From: Escherichia coli
Lineage (GTDB): Bacteria > Pseudomonadota > Gammaproteobacteria > Enterobacterales > Enterobacteriaceae
Direction: 5' to 3' (one strand)
Length of the DNA stretch: 64,000 nucleotides
Assembly (NCBI RefSeq): GCF_003334255.1
Contig: NZ_QOWU01000005.1
Below the pieces are notes generated by a model. The model was not told where the DNA came from. It did not search any database and was given only the letters and a program-made list of their open reading frames with translations. Each line of letters begins with the position of its first letter. Within the stretch, counting starts at the first letter, position 1. Position numbers and translations under genes: made by a program. This document shows, in pieces, positions 22,480-34,058 of this stretch.

Positions 22480-22923
22480 ATGTTTAACAACATCTTAGTT
22501 GTCTGTGTCGGCAATATTTGCCGTTCCCCGACGGCGGAACGCTTACTGCAACGTTATCACCCGGAGCTGAAAGTGGAGTCCGCTGGACTCGGCGCGCTGG
22601 TCGGTAAGGGCGCTGATCCTACCGCTATCAGCGTCGCCGCAGAACATCAACTGTCTCTGGAAGGTCACTGTGCCCGTCAAATCAGCCGCCGTCTGTGTCG
22701 CAACTACGACCTGATTTTGACCATGGAAAAGCGCCATATCGAACGCTTATGCGAGATGGCACCGGAGATGCGCGGCAAAGTGATGCTGTTTGGTCACTGG
22801 GATAACGAATGTGAAATCCCCGATCCGTATCGCAAAAGCCGGGAAACGTTTGCAGCGGTGTACACATTACTTGAACGGTCTGCCCGCCAGTGGGCGCAGG
22901 CATTGAACGCAGAGCAGGTATAA
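22480..22923 (+). CDS. wzb: Low-molecular-weight protein-tyrosine phosphatase Wzb (147 aa)
   Basis: 147-aa ORF with CVGNICRSP active-site motif. Confidence 0.95.
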   Translation: MFNNILVVCVGNICRSPTAERLLQRYHPELKVESAGLGALVGKGADPTAISVAAEHQLSLEGHCARQISRRLCRNYDLILTMEKRHIERLCEMAPEMRGKVMLFGHWDNECEIPDPYRKSRETFAAVYTLLERSARQWAQALNAEQV

Positions 22924-22925
22924 GA

Positions 22926-25088
22926 ATGACAGAAAAAGTAAAACAACATGCCGCTCCGGTAACGGGCAGTGATGAAATCGATATTGGTCGCCTGGTCGGC
23001 ACCGTCATTGAAGCGCGCTGGTGGGTGATTGGCATCACCACCGTATTCGCCCTCTGTGCCGTGGTTTACACCTTCTTCGCCACGCCGATTTATAGTGCCG
23101 ACGCACTGGTACAAATCGAGCAAAACAGCGGCAATTCGTTAGTGCAGGACATTGGTTCGGCATTAGCCAACAAACCGCCTGCATCGGACGCCGAGATCCA
23201 GTTGATTCGTTCGCGTCTGGTGCTTGGTAAAACGGTGGACGATCTCGACCTCGATATTGCAGTGAGCAAAAACACGTTCCCGATTTTCGGTGCGGGCTGG
23301 GATCGCCTGATGGGACGTCAGAACGAGACGGTGAAAGTGACCACCTTTAACCGCCCGAAAGAGATGGCGGATCAGGTGTTTACGCTTAATGTGCTGGACA
23401 ACAAAAACTACACCCTGAGCAGCGACGGCGGCTTTAGCGCCCGGGGGCAAGCGGGCCAGATGCTGAAAAAAGAAGGCGTCACGCTGATGGTTGAAGCCAT
23501 TCACGCCAGCCCGGGCAGTGAGTTTACCGTCACCAAATACTCCACGCTGGGGATGATCAACCAACTGCAAAACAGCCTGACGGTAACGGAGAACGGCAAA
23601 GACGCTGGCGTTTTGAGCCTGACTTATACCGGTGAAGATCGTGAACAGATCCGCGACATTCTTAACAGCATCGCCCGTAACTATCAGGAACAAAATATTG
23701 AGCGCAAATCGGCGGAAGCGTCGAAAAGCCTCGCCTTCCTCGCGCAACAGTTACCGGAAGTACGTAGCCGCTTGGATGTTGCCGAAAACAAACTGAATGC
23801 CTTCCGTCAGGATAAAGATTCTGTTGATCTGCCGCTGGAAGCGAAAGCGGTGCTCGATTCGATGGTGAACATCGACGCCCAGTTGAACGAACTGACCTTT
23901 AAAGAGGCGGAAATCTCCAAGCTGTACACCAAAGTTCACCCGGCGTACCGCACGCTGCTGGAGAAACGTCAGGCGCTGGAAGACGAAAAAGCCAAACTTA
24001 ACGGTCGCGTAACGGCGATGCCGAAAACCCAGCAGGAGATTGTCCGTCTGACCCGCGATGTCGAGTCTGGTCAGCAGGTCTATATGCAACTGCTGAATAA
24101 AGAGCAGGAGCTGAAAATCACCGAAGCCAGCACCGTCGGCGATGTGCGCATTGTTGACCCGGCAATCACTCAGCCTGGTGTGCTAAAACCGAAGAAAGGG
24201 CTGATTATCCTTGGGGCGATTATTCTTGGCCTGATGCTCTCTATCGTGGGTGTGCTGCTGCGCTCGTTGTTTAATCGCGGCATCGAAAGCCCGCAGGTGC
24301 TGGAAGAACACGGTATCAGCGTCTATGCCAGCATCCCGTTGTCGGAATGGCAGAAAGCGCGCGATAGCGTCAAAACCATCAAAGGGATTAAACGCTATAA
24401 ACAGAGCCAGCTACTGGCGGTGGGGAATCCAACCGATCTGGCGATTGAAGCCATCCGCAGTCTGCGTACCAGTCTGCACTTCGCGATGATGCAGGCGCAG
24501 AACAATGTGTTGATGATGACCGGGGTTAGCCCGTCAATCGGTAAAACCTTTGTCTGCGCCAACCTGGCGGCGGTGATCAGCCAGACCAATAAACGCGTGT
24601 TGTTGATCGACTGCGATATGCGCAAAGGCTACACCCACGAGCTGTTGGGCACCAATAACGTCAATGGCCTGTCGGAAATTCTGATTGGTCAGGGCGATAT
24701 TACTACCGCAGCTAAACCGACCTCTATTGCCAAATTTGACCTGATCCCGCGCGGTCAGGTGCCGCCAAATCCTTCTGAACTGTTGATGAGCGAACGCTTT
24801 GCCGAACTGGTGAACTGGGCGAGTAAAAACTATGACCTGGTGTTGATTGATACGCCGCCGATTCTGGCAGTGACCGATGCGGCAATTGTTGGTCGTCATG
24901 TCGGAACCACATTAATGGTGGCGCGTTATGCGGTCAACACATTGAAAGAAGTGGAAACCAGTCTGAGCCGCTTTGAGCAAAACGGTATTCCGGTGAAAGG
25001 GGTGATTCTGAACTCCATCTTCCGCCGCGCCAGCGCGTATCAGGATTATGGCTATTACGAATACGAATATAAGTCGGATGCGAAATAA
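22926..25088 (+). CDS. wzc: Tyrosine autokinase / polysaccharide co-polymerase Wzc (720 aa)
   Basis: Trimmed from the 732-aa ORF to MTEKVKQHAAP; Walker A motif and C-terminal tyrosine-rich tail YGYYEYEYKSDAK. Confidence 0.93.
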   Translation: MTEKVKQHAAPVTGSDEIDIGRLVGTVIEARWWVIGITTVFALCAVVYTFFATPIYSADALVQIEQNSGNSLVQDIGSALANKPPASDAEIQLIRSRLVLGKTVDDLDLDIAVSKNTFPIFGAGWDRLMGRQNETVKVTTFNRPKEMADQVFTLNVLDNKNYTLSSDGGFSARGQAGQMLKKEGVTLMVEAIHASPGSEFTVTKYSTLGMINQLQNSLTVTENGKDAGVLSLTYTGEDREQIRDILNSIARNYQEQNIERKSAEASKSLAFLAQQLPEVRSRLDVAENKLNAFRQDKDSVDLPLEAKAVLDSMVNIDAQLNELTFKEAEISKLYTKVHPAYRTLLEKRQALEDEKAKLNGRVTAMPKTQQEIVRLTRDVESGQQVYMQLLNKEQELKITEASTVGDVRIVDPAITQPGVLKPKKGLIILGAIILGLMLSIVGVLLRSLFNRGIESPQVLEEHGISVYASIPLSEWQKARDSVKTIKGIKRYKQSQLLAVGNPTDLAIEAIRSLRTSLHFAMMQAQNNVLMMTGVSPSIGKTFVCANLAAVISQTNKRVLLIDCDMRKGYTHELLGTNNVNGLSEILIGQGDITTAAKPTSIAKFDLIPRGQVPPNPSELLMSERFAELVNWASKNYDLVLIDTPPILAVTDAAIVGRHVGTTLMVARYAVNTLKEVETSLSRFEQNGIPVKGVILNSIFRRASAYQDYGYYEYEYKSDAK

Positions 25089-25092
25089 CGAC

Positions 25093-25150
25093 GCCTGCAT
25101 TCGCACCGCCCCGTAGGCCGGATAAGGCGTTCACGCCGCATCCGGCAAGC
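25093..25150. repeat. REP element between wzc and wcaA
   Basis: gcctgcattcgcaccgccccgtaggccggataaggcgttcacgccgcatccggc. Confidence 0.65.
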
Positions 25151-25180
25151 AAACCAGCTCATAAGCCGGGAGAACAACCT

Positions 25181-26020
25181 ATGAAAGACAATCCGCTGAT
25201 CTCAATCTATATGCCGACCTGGAACCGCCAACAACTGGCGATTCGGGCGATAAAATCGGTCTTGCGCCAGGACTACAGCAACTGGGAGATGATCATCGTG
25301 GATGATTGCTCCAACTCCTGGGAACAACTGCAACAGTACGTCACCGCCCTCAACGATCCGCGTATTACCTACATTCACAACGACATTAACAGCGGGGCGT
25401 GCGCGGTACGTAACCTGGCGATTATGCTGGCGCAAGGGGAATATATCACCGGGATCGATGATGATGATGAATGGACACCCAACCGTCTGAGCGTCTTCCT
25501 CGCCCATAAACAGCAACTGGTCACACACGCCTTTTTGTACGCTAACGACTACGTTTGCCAGGGCGAAGTCTATTCCCAACCAGCAAGTTTGCCACTGTAT
25601 CCCAAATCGCCGTACTCACGCCGCCTGTTCTATAAACGCAATATCATTGGCAATCAGGTTTTTACCTGGGCGTGGCGTTTCAAAGAGTGTTTGTTCGATA
25701 CCGAACTGAAAGCGGCACAGGATTACGACATCTTCCTGCGGATGGTGGTGGAGTACGGCGAACCGTGGAAAGTAGAAGAGGCGACGCAGATCCTGCATAT
25801 CAATCACGGTGAAATGCAGATCACCTCGTCACCGAAAAAATTCTCCGGGTACTTCCACTTTTACCGCAAGCACAAAGACAAATTCGACCGCGCCAGCAAA
25901 AAATATCAGCTGTTTACCCTCTACCAGATCCGCAATAAACGTATGACCTGGCGCACTTTGCTGACGCTGCTGTCGGTGCGTAACGGCAAACGTCTGGCTG
26001 ATGGTATTCGGGGGCGCTAA
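25181..26020 (+). CDS. wcaA: Colanic acid glycosyltransferase WcaA (GT2, 279 aa)
   Basis: 279-aa ORF; GT2 signature (ISIYMPTWNR...DDDD); operon position. Confidence 0.9.
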   Translation: MKDNPLISIYMPTWNRQQLAIRAIKSVLRQDYSNWEMIIVDDCSNSWEQLQQYVTALNDPRITYIHNDINSGACAVRNLAIMLAQGEYITGIDDDDEWTPNRLSVFLAHKQQLVTHAFLYANDYVCQGEVYSQPASLPLYPKSPYSRRLFYKRNIIGNQVFTWAWRFKECLFDTELKAAQDYDIFLRMVVEYGEPWKVEEATQILHINHGEMQITSSPKKFSGYFHFYRKHKDKFDRASKKYQLFTLYQIRNKRMTWRTLLTLLSVRNGKRLADGIRGR

Positions 26021-26022
26021 AG

Positions 26023-26511
26023 ATGCTGGAAGATCTGCGTGCCAACAGCTGGAGTTTACGCCCGTGCTGCATGGTTCTTGCCTATCGTGTTGCTCATTTT
26101 TGTTCGGTGTGGCGCAAAAAGAACGTCCTCAACAATATTTGGGCGGCCCCTCTGCTGGTGCTGTATCGCATTATCACCGAATGCTTTTTCGGTTATGAAA
26201 TCCAGGCTGCCGCGACCATTGGCCGCCGCTTTACTATCCATCACGGTTACGCCGTAGTGATCAATAAAAACGTGGTGGCGGGGGATGATTTCACCATTCG
26301 CCACGGCGTCACTATCGGCAATCGTGGTGCCGATAACATGGCATGTCCACATATTGGCAACGGCGTCGAACTCGGTGCCAACGTTATTATTCTTGGTGAT
26401 ATCACGCTTGGTAACAACGTCACCGTGGGTGCGGGCAGCGTGGTGCTCGACTCTGTCCCGGACAACGCGCTGGTGGTGGGAGAAAAAGCGCGAGTGAAGG
26501 TAATTAAATGA
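26023..26511 (+). CDS. wcaB: Colanic acid O-acetyltransferase WcaB (162 aa, hexapeptide-repeat family)
   Basis: 162-aa ORF with left-handed beta-helix hexapeptide repeats. Confidence 0.9.
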   Translation: MLEDLRANSWSLRPCCMVLAYRVAHFCSVWRKKNVLNNIWAAPLLVLYRIITECFFGYEIQAAATIGRRFTIHHGYAVVINKNVVAGDDFTIRHGVTIGNRGADNMACPHIGNGVELGANVIILGDITLGNNVTVGAGSVVLDSVPDNALVVGEKARVKVIK

Positions 26512-27725
26512 ATATTTTGCAATTTAATGTGCGACTGGCGGAAGGCGGGGCAGCAGGTGTGGCGTTAGATCTCCACCAGCGTGCGCTGCAACAGGGGCTA
26601 GCGTCACATTTTGTCTACGGTTACGGCAAAGGCGGCAAAGAGAGCGTCAGCCATCAAAACTATCCGCAGGTCATCAAACATACGCCGCGGATGACTGCAA
26701 TGGCGAATATTGTCCTGTTTCGTCTGTTTAATCGCGATCTGTTTGGCAATTTCAATGAGTTATATCGCACCATTACTCGTACACCGGGTCCGGTGGTCCT
26801 GCATTTTCATGTGCTGCACAGCTACTGGCTAAATCTTAAGAGCGTGGTGCGCTTTTGCGAAAAGGTGAAAAACCATAAACCGGACGTCACTCTGGTCTGG
26901 ACGCTGCACGACCACTGGAGCGTTACCGGACGCTGCGCCTTTACCGACGGTTGCGAAGGCTGGAAAACAGGCTGCCAGAAATGCCCGACCTTAAATAACT
27001 ATCCGCCGGTGAAGATTGATCGGGCACACCAGCTGGTGGCGGGCAAACGCCAGTTATTCCGCGAGATGCTGGCACTGGGCTGTCAGTTTATTTCCCCCAG
27101 CCAGCATGTGGCTGACGCTTTCAATAGTCTGTACGGTCCAGGGCGTTGCCGGATTATCAATAACGGTATTGATATGGCAACCGAAGCGATTCTGGCGGAT
27201 CTGCCTCCGGTGCGCGAAACCCAGGGTAAGCCGAAAATCGCGGTGGTGGCGCATGACCTGCGTTACGACGGCAAAACTAACCAGCAACTGGTGCGTGAGA
27301 TGATGGCGCTGGGCGACAAAATCGAACTGCATACCTTTGGTAAGTTCTCGCCGTTCACCGCTGGCAACGTGGTTAATCACGGCTTTGAAACCGACAAACG
27401 TAAGCTGATGAGCGCGCTCAATCAGATGGATGCGCTGGTATTCAGTTCTCGCGTCGATAACTACCCGCTGATTTTGTGTGAGGCGCTATCGATTGGCGTG
27501 CCGGTGATTGCCACCCATAGCGATGCGGCGCGGGAAGTGTTGCAAAAATCCGGCGGTAAAACCGTCAGCGAAGAAGAGGTGCTGCAACTGGTGCAGTTAA
27601 GCAAACCGGAAATCGCGCAGGCGATATTTGGTACCACGCTGGCTGAGTTCAGCCAACGCAGCCGCGCCGCCTACAGTGGACAACAGATGCTGGAGGAGTA
27701 TGTCAACTTCTATCAGAATCTGTAG
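26508..27725 (+). CDS. wcaC: Colanic acid glycosyltransferase WcaC (405 aa)
   Basis: 405-aa ORF overlapping the wcaB stop; GT4-like. Confidence 0.9.
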   Translation: MNILQFNVRLAEGGAAGVALDLHQRALQQGLASHFVYGYGKGGKESVSHQNYPQVIKHTPRMTAMANIVLFRLFNRDLFGNFNELYRTITRTPGPVVLHFHVLHSYWLNLKSVVRFCEKVKNHKPDVTLVWTLHDHWSVTGRCAFTDGCEGWKTGCQKCPTLNNYPPVKIDRAHQLVAGKRQLFREMLALGCQFISPSQHVADAFNSLYGPGRCRIINNGIDMATEAILADLPPVRETQGKPKIAVVAHDLRYDGKTNQQLVREMMALGDKIELHTFGKFSPFTAGNVVNHGFETDKRKLMSALNQMDALVFSSRVDNYPLILCEALSIGVPVIATHSDAAREVLQKSGGKTVSEEEVLQLVQLSKPEIAQAIFGTTLAEFSQRSRAAYSGQQMLEEYVNFYQNL

Positions 27726-28917
27726 CTACCTGTTGCTGCCGCTGATTTATCTGCTGGTTAACGTCAAAATCGCCCAGCTTGGCGAAAGTTTCCCCATCAC
27801 CATCGTCACTTTTTTACCTGTCTTGTTACTGCTGTTTTTAGAACGCATCAGCGTTAAAAAATTGATGATTGCCTTAGGGATTGGCGCGGGACTCACGGCG
27901 TTTAACTATCTGTTTGGTCAGTCGCTGGATGCCAGTAAATACGTCACTTCAACTATGCTGTTTGTCTATATTGTGATCATTATTGGCATGGTGTGGAGTA
28001 TTCGTTTTAAAACAATTTCGCCACACAACCATCGCAAGATATTACGTTTCTTTTATCTGGTGGTCGGGCTGGTGGTGGCGCTGGCGGCGGTGGAGATGGC
28101 ACAAATTATCCTCACCGGTGGCAGCAGTATTATGGAGTCGATTTCGAAATATCTGATTTACAGCAACAGCTATGTGCTGAATTTCATTAAATTCGGCGGC
28201 AAGCGCACGACAGCACTTTATTTCGAACCGGCATTTTTCGCTCTGGCATTAATCTCAATTTGGCTCAGCATCAAACAGTTTGGTATCAAAACGCCTAAAA
28301 CAGATGCTATGATTCTCGCAGGGATAATATTATCCGGATCGTTTTCAGGGGTTATGACCTTTATCCTGTTTTATTTGCTGGAGTGGGCATTTCAATATCT
28401 GAATAAAGAGGCGATTAAGAAAAAGTTACCGTTAGCATTGATTTCTCTGGCTGTATTCCTGGTTGGTGTGGTAATCGCGTTTCCTTATATTTCCACCCGT
28501 CTGGGCGATTTAGGTACGGAAGGATCGTCATCATATTATCGTATTGTCGGTCCGCTGGTGATGGTCGGTTATTCTTTGACCCATATTGACGGTGTAGTCA
28601 GATTTGGCTCACTTTATGAATATGTCGCATCATTCGGAATATTTAACGGTGCGGATGTCGGAAAAACCATAGACAATGGTTTGTATCTGCTGATTATTTA
28701 TTTTTCCTGGTTCGCGGTGTTTTTATCACTGTGGTACATGGGGAAAGTGATAAAAATGATGATCAACGCTTTTGGTGATAACCGCAATTTTCGCGTGCAA
28801 TTATATCTTTTTACTCCGGTATCGCTGTTTTTTACCGGTTCGATATTTAGCCCGGAATATGCATTTTTAATCGTCTGTCCGTTTATTTTGCGAAAAGCGT
28901 TAAATATTACGAGGTAA
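27700..28917 (+). CDS. wcaD: Colanic acid polymerase WcaD (Wzy-like, 405 aa)
   Basis: Trimmed from the 429-aa ORF to [19 protein letters not shown]; polytopic membrane protein. Confidence 0.88.
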   Translation: MSTSIRICSYLLLPLIYLLVNVKIAQLGESFPITIVTFLPVLLLLFLERISVKKLMIALGIGAGLTAFNYLFGQSLDASKYVTSTMLFVYIVIIIGMVWSIRFKTISPHNHRKILRFFYLVVGLVVALAAVEMAQIILTGGSSIMESISKYLIYSNSYVLNFIKFGGKRTTALYFEPAFFALALISIWLSIKQFGIKTPKTDAMILAGIILSGSFSGVMTFILFYLLEWAFQYLNKEAIKKKLPLALISLAVFLVGVVIAFPYISTRLGDLGTEGSSSYYRIVGPLVMVGYSLTHIDGVVRFGSLYEYVASFGIFNGADVGKTIDNGLYLLIIYFSWFAVFLSLWYMGKVIKMMINAFGDNRNFRVQLYLFTPVSLFFTGSIFSPEYAFLIVCPFILRKALNITR

Positions 28918-28927
28918 GAATAAGAAC

Positions 28928-29674
28928 ATGTTGCTTAGCATAATCACTGTCGCGTTTCGTAACCTCGAAGGGATAGTCAAAACACACGCCTCTCTGGCGC
29001 ATCTGGCGCAGGCGGACGATATCAGCTTCGAATGGATTGTTGTCGATGGCGGTTCCAATGACGGCACCCGTGAGTATCTGGAAAATCTCAATGGTATCTT
29101 TAACCTACGCTTTGTCAGCGAGCCAGATAACGGTATCTACGACGCCATGAACAAAGGCATTGCGATGGCACAAGGCAAGTTCGCGTTGTTTCTCAACTCG
29201 GGCGATATTTTTCATCAGGATGCCGCAAATTTTGTCCGTAAGTTAAAAATGCAAAAAGATAACGTGATGATCACCGGCGATGCGCTGCTGGATTTTGGCG
29301 ACGGGCATAAAATTAAACGTAGCGCCAAACCAGGTTGGTATATTTATCACAGCCTGCCCGCCAGTCATCAGGCGATATTTTTCCCGGTATCCGGCTTGAA
29401 AAAATGGCGTTATGACCTGGAATATAAAGTTTCTTCCGATTACGCGCTGGCGGCTAAAATGTATAAAGCCGGTTATGCATTTAAAAAACTCAATGGCCTG
29501 GTGTCTGAATTTTCCATGGGTGGGGTATCAACCACCAATAATATGGAATTGTGTGCTGACGCCAAAAAAGTCCAACGGCAAATATTACATGTACCTGGCT
29601 TCTGGGCAGAATTATCCTGGCATTTACGCCAACGTACTACCTCAAAGACGAAAGCCTTATATAACAAAAGCTGA
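28928..29674 (+). CDS. wcaE: Colanic acid glycosyltransferase WcaE (GT2, 248 aa)
   Basis: 248-aa ORF; GT2-like N-terminus; operon position. Confidence 0.9.
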   Translation: MLLSIITVAFRNLEGIVKTHASLAHLAQADDISFEWIVVDGGSNDGTREYLENLNGIFNLRFVSEPDNGIYDAMNKGIAMAQGKFALFLNSGDIFHQDAANFVRKLKMQKDNVMITGDALLDFGDGHKIKRSAKPGWYIYHSLPASHQAIFFPVSGLKKWRYDLEYKVSSDYALAAKMYKAGYAFKKLNGLVSEFSMGGVSTTNNMELCADAKKVQRQILHVPGFWAELSWHLRQRTTSKTKALYNKS

Positions 29675-29689
29675 ATATAAGGGAAAACG

Positions 29690-30238
29690 ATGCAAGATTT
29701 AAGCGGTTTCTCGGTGCCGAAAGGGTTCCGGGGCGGCAACGCTATTAAAGTGCAATTGTGGTGGGCAGTACAGGCAACAATATTTGCCTGGTCGCCACAA
29801 GTATTGTATCGCTGGCGGGCATTTTTATTACGTTTATTCGGCGCAAAAATAGGAAAAAACGTAGTTATTCGTCCGTCAGTAAAAATTACCTATCCGTGGA
29901 AATTAACCTTAGGTGATTACGCGTGGGTCGGCGATGACGTCAATTTATATACCCTCGGTGAAATAACCATTGGCGCACATTCGGTGATATCGCAAAAAAG
30001 TTATTTATGCACCGGTAGCCACGACCATGCAAGTCAACATTTCACCATTAACGCCACGCCTATTGTGATTGGCGAGAAATGCTGGCTGGCGACAGATGTT
30101 TTTGTTGCCCCTGGCGTCACGATTGGCGACGGCACCGTCGTGGGTGCACGAAGCAGTGTTTTTAAATCGCTTCCGGCAAATGTGGTTTGCCGGGGGAATC
30201 CCGCAGTGGTGATACGCGAACGCGTTGAAACTGAATAA
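29690..30238 (+). CDS. wcaF: Colanic acid acetyltransferase WcaF (182 aa)
   Basis: 182-aa ORF with hexapeptide-repeat acyltransferase sequence. Confidence 0.9.
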   Translation: MQDLSGFSVPKGFRGGNAIKVQLWWAVQATIFAWSPQVLYRWRAFLLRLFGAKIGKNVVIRPSVKITYPWKLTLGDYAWVGDDVNLYTLGEITIGAHSVISQKSYLCTGSHDHASQHFTINATPIVIGEKCWLATDVFVAPGVTIGDGTVVGARSSVFKSLPANVVCRGNPAVVIRERVETE

Positions 30239-30264
30239 ATTCAAAAAATACAGAGGAATAAGAC

Positions 30265-31386
30265 ATGTCAAAAGTCGCTCTCATCACCGGTGTAACCGGA
30301 CAAGACGGTTCTTACCTGGCAGAGTTTCTGCTGGAAAAAGGTTACGAGGTGCATGGTATTAAGCGTCGTGCATCGTCATTCAACACCGAGCGCGTGGATC
30401 ACATTTATCAGGATCCGCACACCTGCAACCCGAAATTCCATCTGCATTATGGCGACCTGAGTGATACCTCCAACCTGACGCGCATTTTGCGTGAAGTGCA
30501 GCCGGATGAAGTGTACAACCTGGGCGCAATGAGCCACGTTGCGGTTTCTTTTGAGTCACCGGAATATACCGCAGACGTCGATGCGATGGGTACGCTGCGC
30601 CTGCTGGAGGCGATCCGCTTCCTCGGTCTGGAAAAGAAAACTCGTTTCTATCAGGCTTCCACTTCTGAACTGTACGGTCTGGTGCAGGAAATTCCGCAGA
30701 AAGAGACCACGCCGTTCTACCCGCGATCTCCGTATGCGGTCGCCAAACTGTACGCCTACTGGATCACTGTTAACTACCGCGAATCCTACGGCATGTACGC
30801 CTGTAACGGTATTCTCTTCAACCATGAATCCCCGCGCCGTGGCGAAACCTTCGTTACCCGCAAAATCACCCGCGCAATCGCCAACATCGCCCAGGGGCTG
30901 GAGTCGTGCCTGTACCTCGGCAATATGGATTCCCTGCGTGACTGGGGCCATGCCAAAGACTACGTAAAAATGCAGTGGATGATGCTGCAACAGGAACAGC
31001 CAGAAGATTTCGTTATCGCGACCGGCGTTCAGTACTCCGTACGTCAGTTCGTGGAAATGGCGGCAGCACAGCTGGGCATCAAACTGCGCTTTGAAGGCAC
31101 GGGTGTTGAAGAGAAGGGCATTGTGGTTTCCGTCACCGGGCATGACGCGCCGGGCGTTAAACCGGGCGATGTGATTATCGCCGTTGACCCGCGTTACTTC
31201 CGTCCGGCAGAAGTTGAAACGCTGCTCGGCGACCCGACCAAAGCGCACGAAAAACTGGGCTGGAAACCGGAAATCACCCTCAGAGAGATGGTGTCTGAAA
31301 TGGTGGCTAATGACCTCGAAGCGGCGAAAAAACACTCTCTGCTGAAATCTCACGGCTACGACGTGGCGATCGCGCTGGAGTCATAA
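30265..31386 (+). CDS. gmd: GDP-mannose 4,6-dehydratase Gmd (373 aa)
   Basis: 373-aa ORF, SDR fold ([22 protein letters not shown]). Confidence 0.95.
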
Positions 31387-31388
31387 GC

Positions 31389-32354
31389 ATGAGTAAACAA
31401 CGCATTTTTATCGCTGGCCATCGTGGGATGGTCGGTTCTGCCATCAGGCGGCAGCTCGAACAGCGCGGTGATGTGGAACTGGTATTACGCACCCGCGACG
31501 AGCTGAACCTGCTGGACAGCCGCGCGGTGCATGATTTCTTTGCCAGCGAACGCATTGACCAGGTCTATCTGGCGGCGGCGAAAGTGGGCGGCATTGTTGC
31601 CAACAACACCTATCCGGCGGATTTCATCTACCAGAACATGATGATTGAGAGCAACATCATTCACGCCGCGCATCAGAACGACGTGAACAAACTGCTGTTT
31701 CTTGGATCGTCCTGTATCTACCCGAAACTGGCAAAACAGCCGATGGCAGAAAGCGAGTTATTGCAGGGCACGCTGGAGCCGACCAACGAGCCTTACGCCA
31801 TTGCCAAAATCGCCGGGATCAAACTGTGCGAATCATACAACCGCCAGTACGGACGCGATTACCGCTCAGTCATGCCGACCAACCTGTATGGCCCGCATGA
31901 CAACTTCCACCCGAGTAATTCGCATGTGATCCCTGCATTGCTGCGTCGCTTCCACGAGGCGACGGCACAGAATGCACCGGACGTGGTGGTATGGGGCAGC
32001 GGTACACCGATGCGTGAATTCCTGCACGTCGATGATATGGCGGCGGCGAGCATTCATGTCATGGAGCTGGCGCACGAAGTCTGGCTGGAGAACACCCAGC
32101 CGATGCTGTCGCACATTAACGTCGGCACGGGCGTTGACTGCACTATCCGCGAGCTGGCGCAAACCATCGCCAAAGTGGTGGGTTACAAAGGTCGGGTGGT
32201 TTTTGATGCCAGCAAACCGGATGGTACGCCGCGCAAACTGCTGGATGTGACGCGCCTGCATCAGCTTGGCTGGTATCACGAAATCTCACTGGAAGCGGGG
32301 CTTGCCAGCACTTACCAGTGGTTCCTTGAGAATCAAGACCGCTTTCGGGGGTAA
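31389..32354 (+). CDS. fcl: GDP-L-fucose synthase Fcl/WcaG (321 aa)
   Basis: 321-aa ORF, SDR epimerase/reductase ([12 protein letters not shown]). Confidence 0.95.
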   Translation: MSKQRIFIAGHRGMVGSAIRRQLEQRGDVELVLRTRDELNLLDSRAVHDFFASERIDQVYLAAAKVGGIVANNTYPADFIYQNMMIESNIIHAAHQNDVNKLLFLGSSCIYPKLAKQPMAESELLQGTLEPTNEPYAIAKIAGIKLCESYNRQYGRDYRSVMPTNLYGPHDNFHPSNSHVIPALLRRFHEATAQNAPDVVVWGSGTPMREFLHVDDMAAASIHVMELAHEVWLENTQPMLSHINVGTGVDCTIRELAQTIAKVVGYKGRVVFDASKPDGTPRKLLDVTRLHQLGWYHEISLEAGLASTYQWFLENQDRFRG

Positions 32355-32356
32355 TG

Positions 32357-32836
32357 ATGTTTTTACGTCAGGAAGACTTTGCCACGGTAGTGCGCTCCAC
32401 CCCGCTTGTCTCTCTCGACTTTATTGTCGAGAACAGTCGCGGCGAGTTTCTGCTTGGCAAAAGAACCAACCGCCCGGCGCAGGGTTACTGGTTTGTGCCG
32501 GGAGGGCGCGTGCAGAAAGACGAAACGCTGGAGGCCGCATTTGAGCGGCTGACGATGGCGGAACTGGGGCTGCGTCTGCCGATAACAGCAGGCCAGTTTT
32601 ACGGTGTCTGGCAGCACTTTTATGACGATAACTTCTCTGGCACGGATTTCACCACTCACTATGTGGTGCTCGGTTTTCGCTTCACGGTAGCGGAAGAAGA
32701 GCTGTTACTGCCGGATGAGCAGCATGACGATTACCGCTGGCTGACGTCGGACGCGCTGCTCGCCAGTGATAATGTTCATGCTAACAGCCGCGCCTATTTT
32801 CTCGCTGAGAAGCGTACCGGAGTACCCGGATTATGA
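32357..32836 (+). CDS. gmm: GDP-mannose mannosyl hydrolase Gmm/NudD (Nudix, 159 aa)
   Basis: [12 protein letters not shown]...; Nudix-like; start taken at the second in-frame ATG. Confidence 0.9.
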   Translation: MFLRQEDFATVVRSTPLVSLDFIVENSRGEFLLGKRTNRPAQGYWFVPGGRVQKDETLEAAFERLTMAELGLRLPITAGQFYGVWQHFYDDNFSGTDFTTHYVVLGFRFTVAEEELLLPDEQHDDYRWLTSDALLASDNVHANSRAYFLAEKRTGVPGL

Positions 32837-34056
32837 AAATACTGGTCTACGGCATTAACTACTCGCCGGAGTTAACCGGCATCGGCAAATACACCGGCGA
32901 GATGGTGGAATGGCTGGCGGCACAAGGTCATGAGGTGCGGGTTATTACCGCACCGCCTTACTACCCGCAATGGCAGGTGGGCGAGAACTATTCCGCCTGG
33001 CGGTACAAACGAGAAGAGGGGGCCGCCACGGTGTGGCGCTGCCCGCTGTACGTGCCAAAACAGCCGAGCACCCTGAAACGCCTGTTACATCTCGGCAGTT
33101 TTGCCGTCAGCAGTTTCTTTCCTCTGATGGCGCAACGTCGCTGGAAGCCGAATCGCATTATCGGCGTGGTGCCAACGCTGTTTTGCACGCCGGGAATGCG
33201 CCTGCTGGCGAAACTCTCTGGTGCGCGTACCGTGCTGCATATTCAGGATTACGAAGTGGACGCCATGCTGGGGCTGGGCCTTGCCGGAAAAGGCAAAGGC
33301 GGCAAAGTGGCGCAGCTGGCGACGGCGTTCGAACGTAGCGGACTGCATAACGTCGATAACGTCTCCACGATTTCGCGTTCGATGATGAATAAAGCCATCG
33401 AAAAAGGCGTGGCGGCGGATAACATCATTTTCTTCCCCAACTGGTCGGAAATCGCCCGTTTTCAGCATGTTGCAGACGCCGATGTTGATGCCCTTCGTAA
33501 CCAGCTTGGCCTGCCGGATAACAAAAAAATCATTCTTTACTCCGGCAATATTGGTGAAAAGCAGGGGCTGGAAAACGTTATTGAAGCTGCCGATCTCCTG
33601 CGCGATGAACCGCTGATTTTTGCCATTGTCGGGCAGGGCGGCGGCAAAGCGCGGCTGGAAAAAATGGCGCAACAGCGTGGTCTGCGCAACATGCAATTTT
33701 TTCCGCTGCAATCGTATGACGCTTTACCCGCACTGCTGAAGATTGGCGATTGCCATCTGGTGGTGCAAAAACGCGGCGCGGCAGATGCCGTATTGCCGTC
33801 GAAACTGACCAATATTCTGGCGGTAGGCGGTAACGCGGTGATTACTGCAGAAGCCCACACAGAACTGGGACAGCTTTGCGAAACCTTTCCGGGCATTGCG
33901 GTTTGCGTTGAACCGGAATCGGTCGAGGCGCTGGTGGCGGGGATTCGTCAGGCGCTCCTGCTGCCCAAACACAACACGGTGGCACGTGAATATGCCGAAC
34001 GCACGCTCGATAAAGAGAACGTGTTACGTCAATTTATAAATGATATTCGGGGATAA
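32833..34056 (+). CDS. wcaI: Colanic acid glycosyltransferase WcaI (GT4, 407 aa)
   Basis: 407-aa ORF; operon position. Confidence 0.9.
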   Translation: MKILVYGINYSPELTGIGKYTGEMVEWLAAQGHEVRVITAPPYYPQWQVGENYSAWRYKREEGAATVWRCPLYVPKQPSTLKRLLHLGSFAVSSFFPLMAQRRWKPNRIIGVVPTLFCTPGMRLLAKLSGARTVLHIQDYEVDAMLGLGLAGKGKGGKVAQLATAFERSGLHNVDNVSTISRSMMNKAIEKGVAADNIIFFPNWSEIARFQHVADADVDALRNQLGLPDNKKIILYSGNIGEKQGLENVIEAADLLRDEPLIFAIVGQGGGKARLEKMAQQRGLRNMQFFPLQSYDALPALLKIGDCHLVVQKRGAADAVLPSKLTNILAVGGNAVITAEAHTELGQLCETFPGIAVCVEPESVEALVAGIRQALLLPKHNTVAREYAERTLDKENVLRQFINDIRG

Positions 34057-34058
34057 TT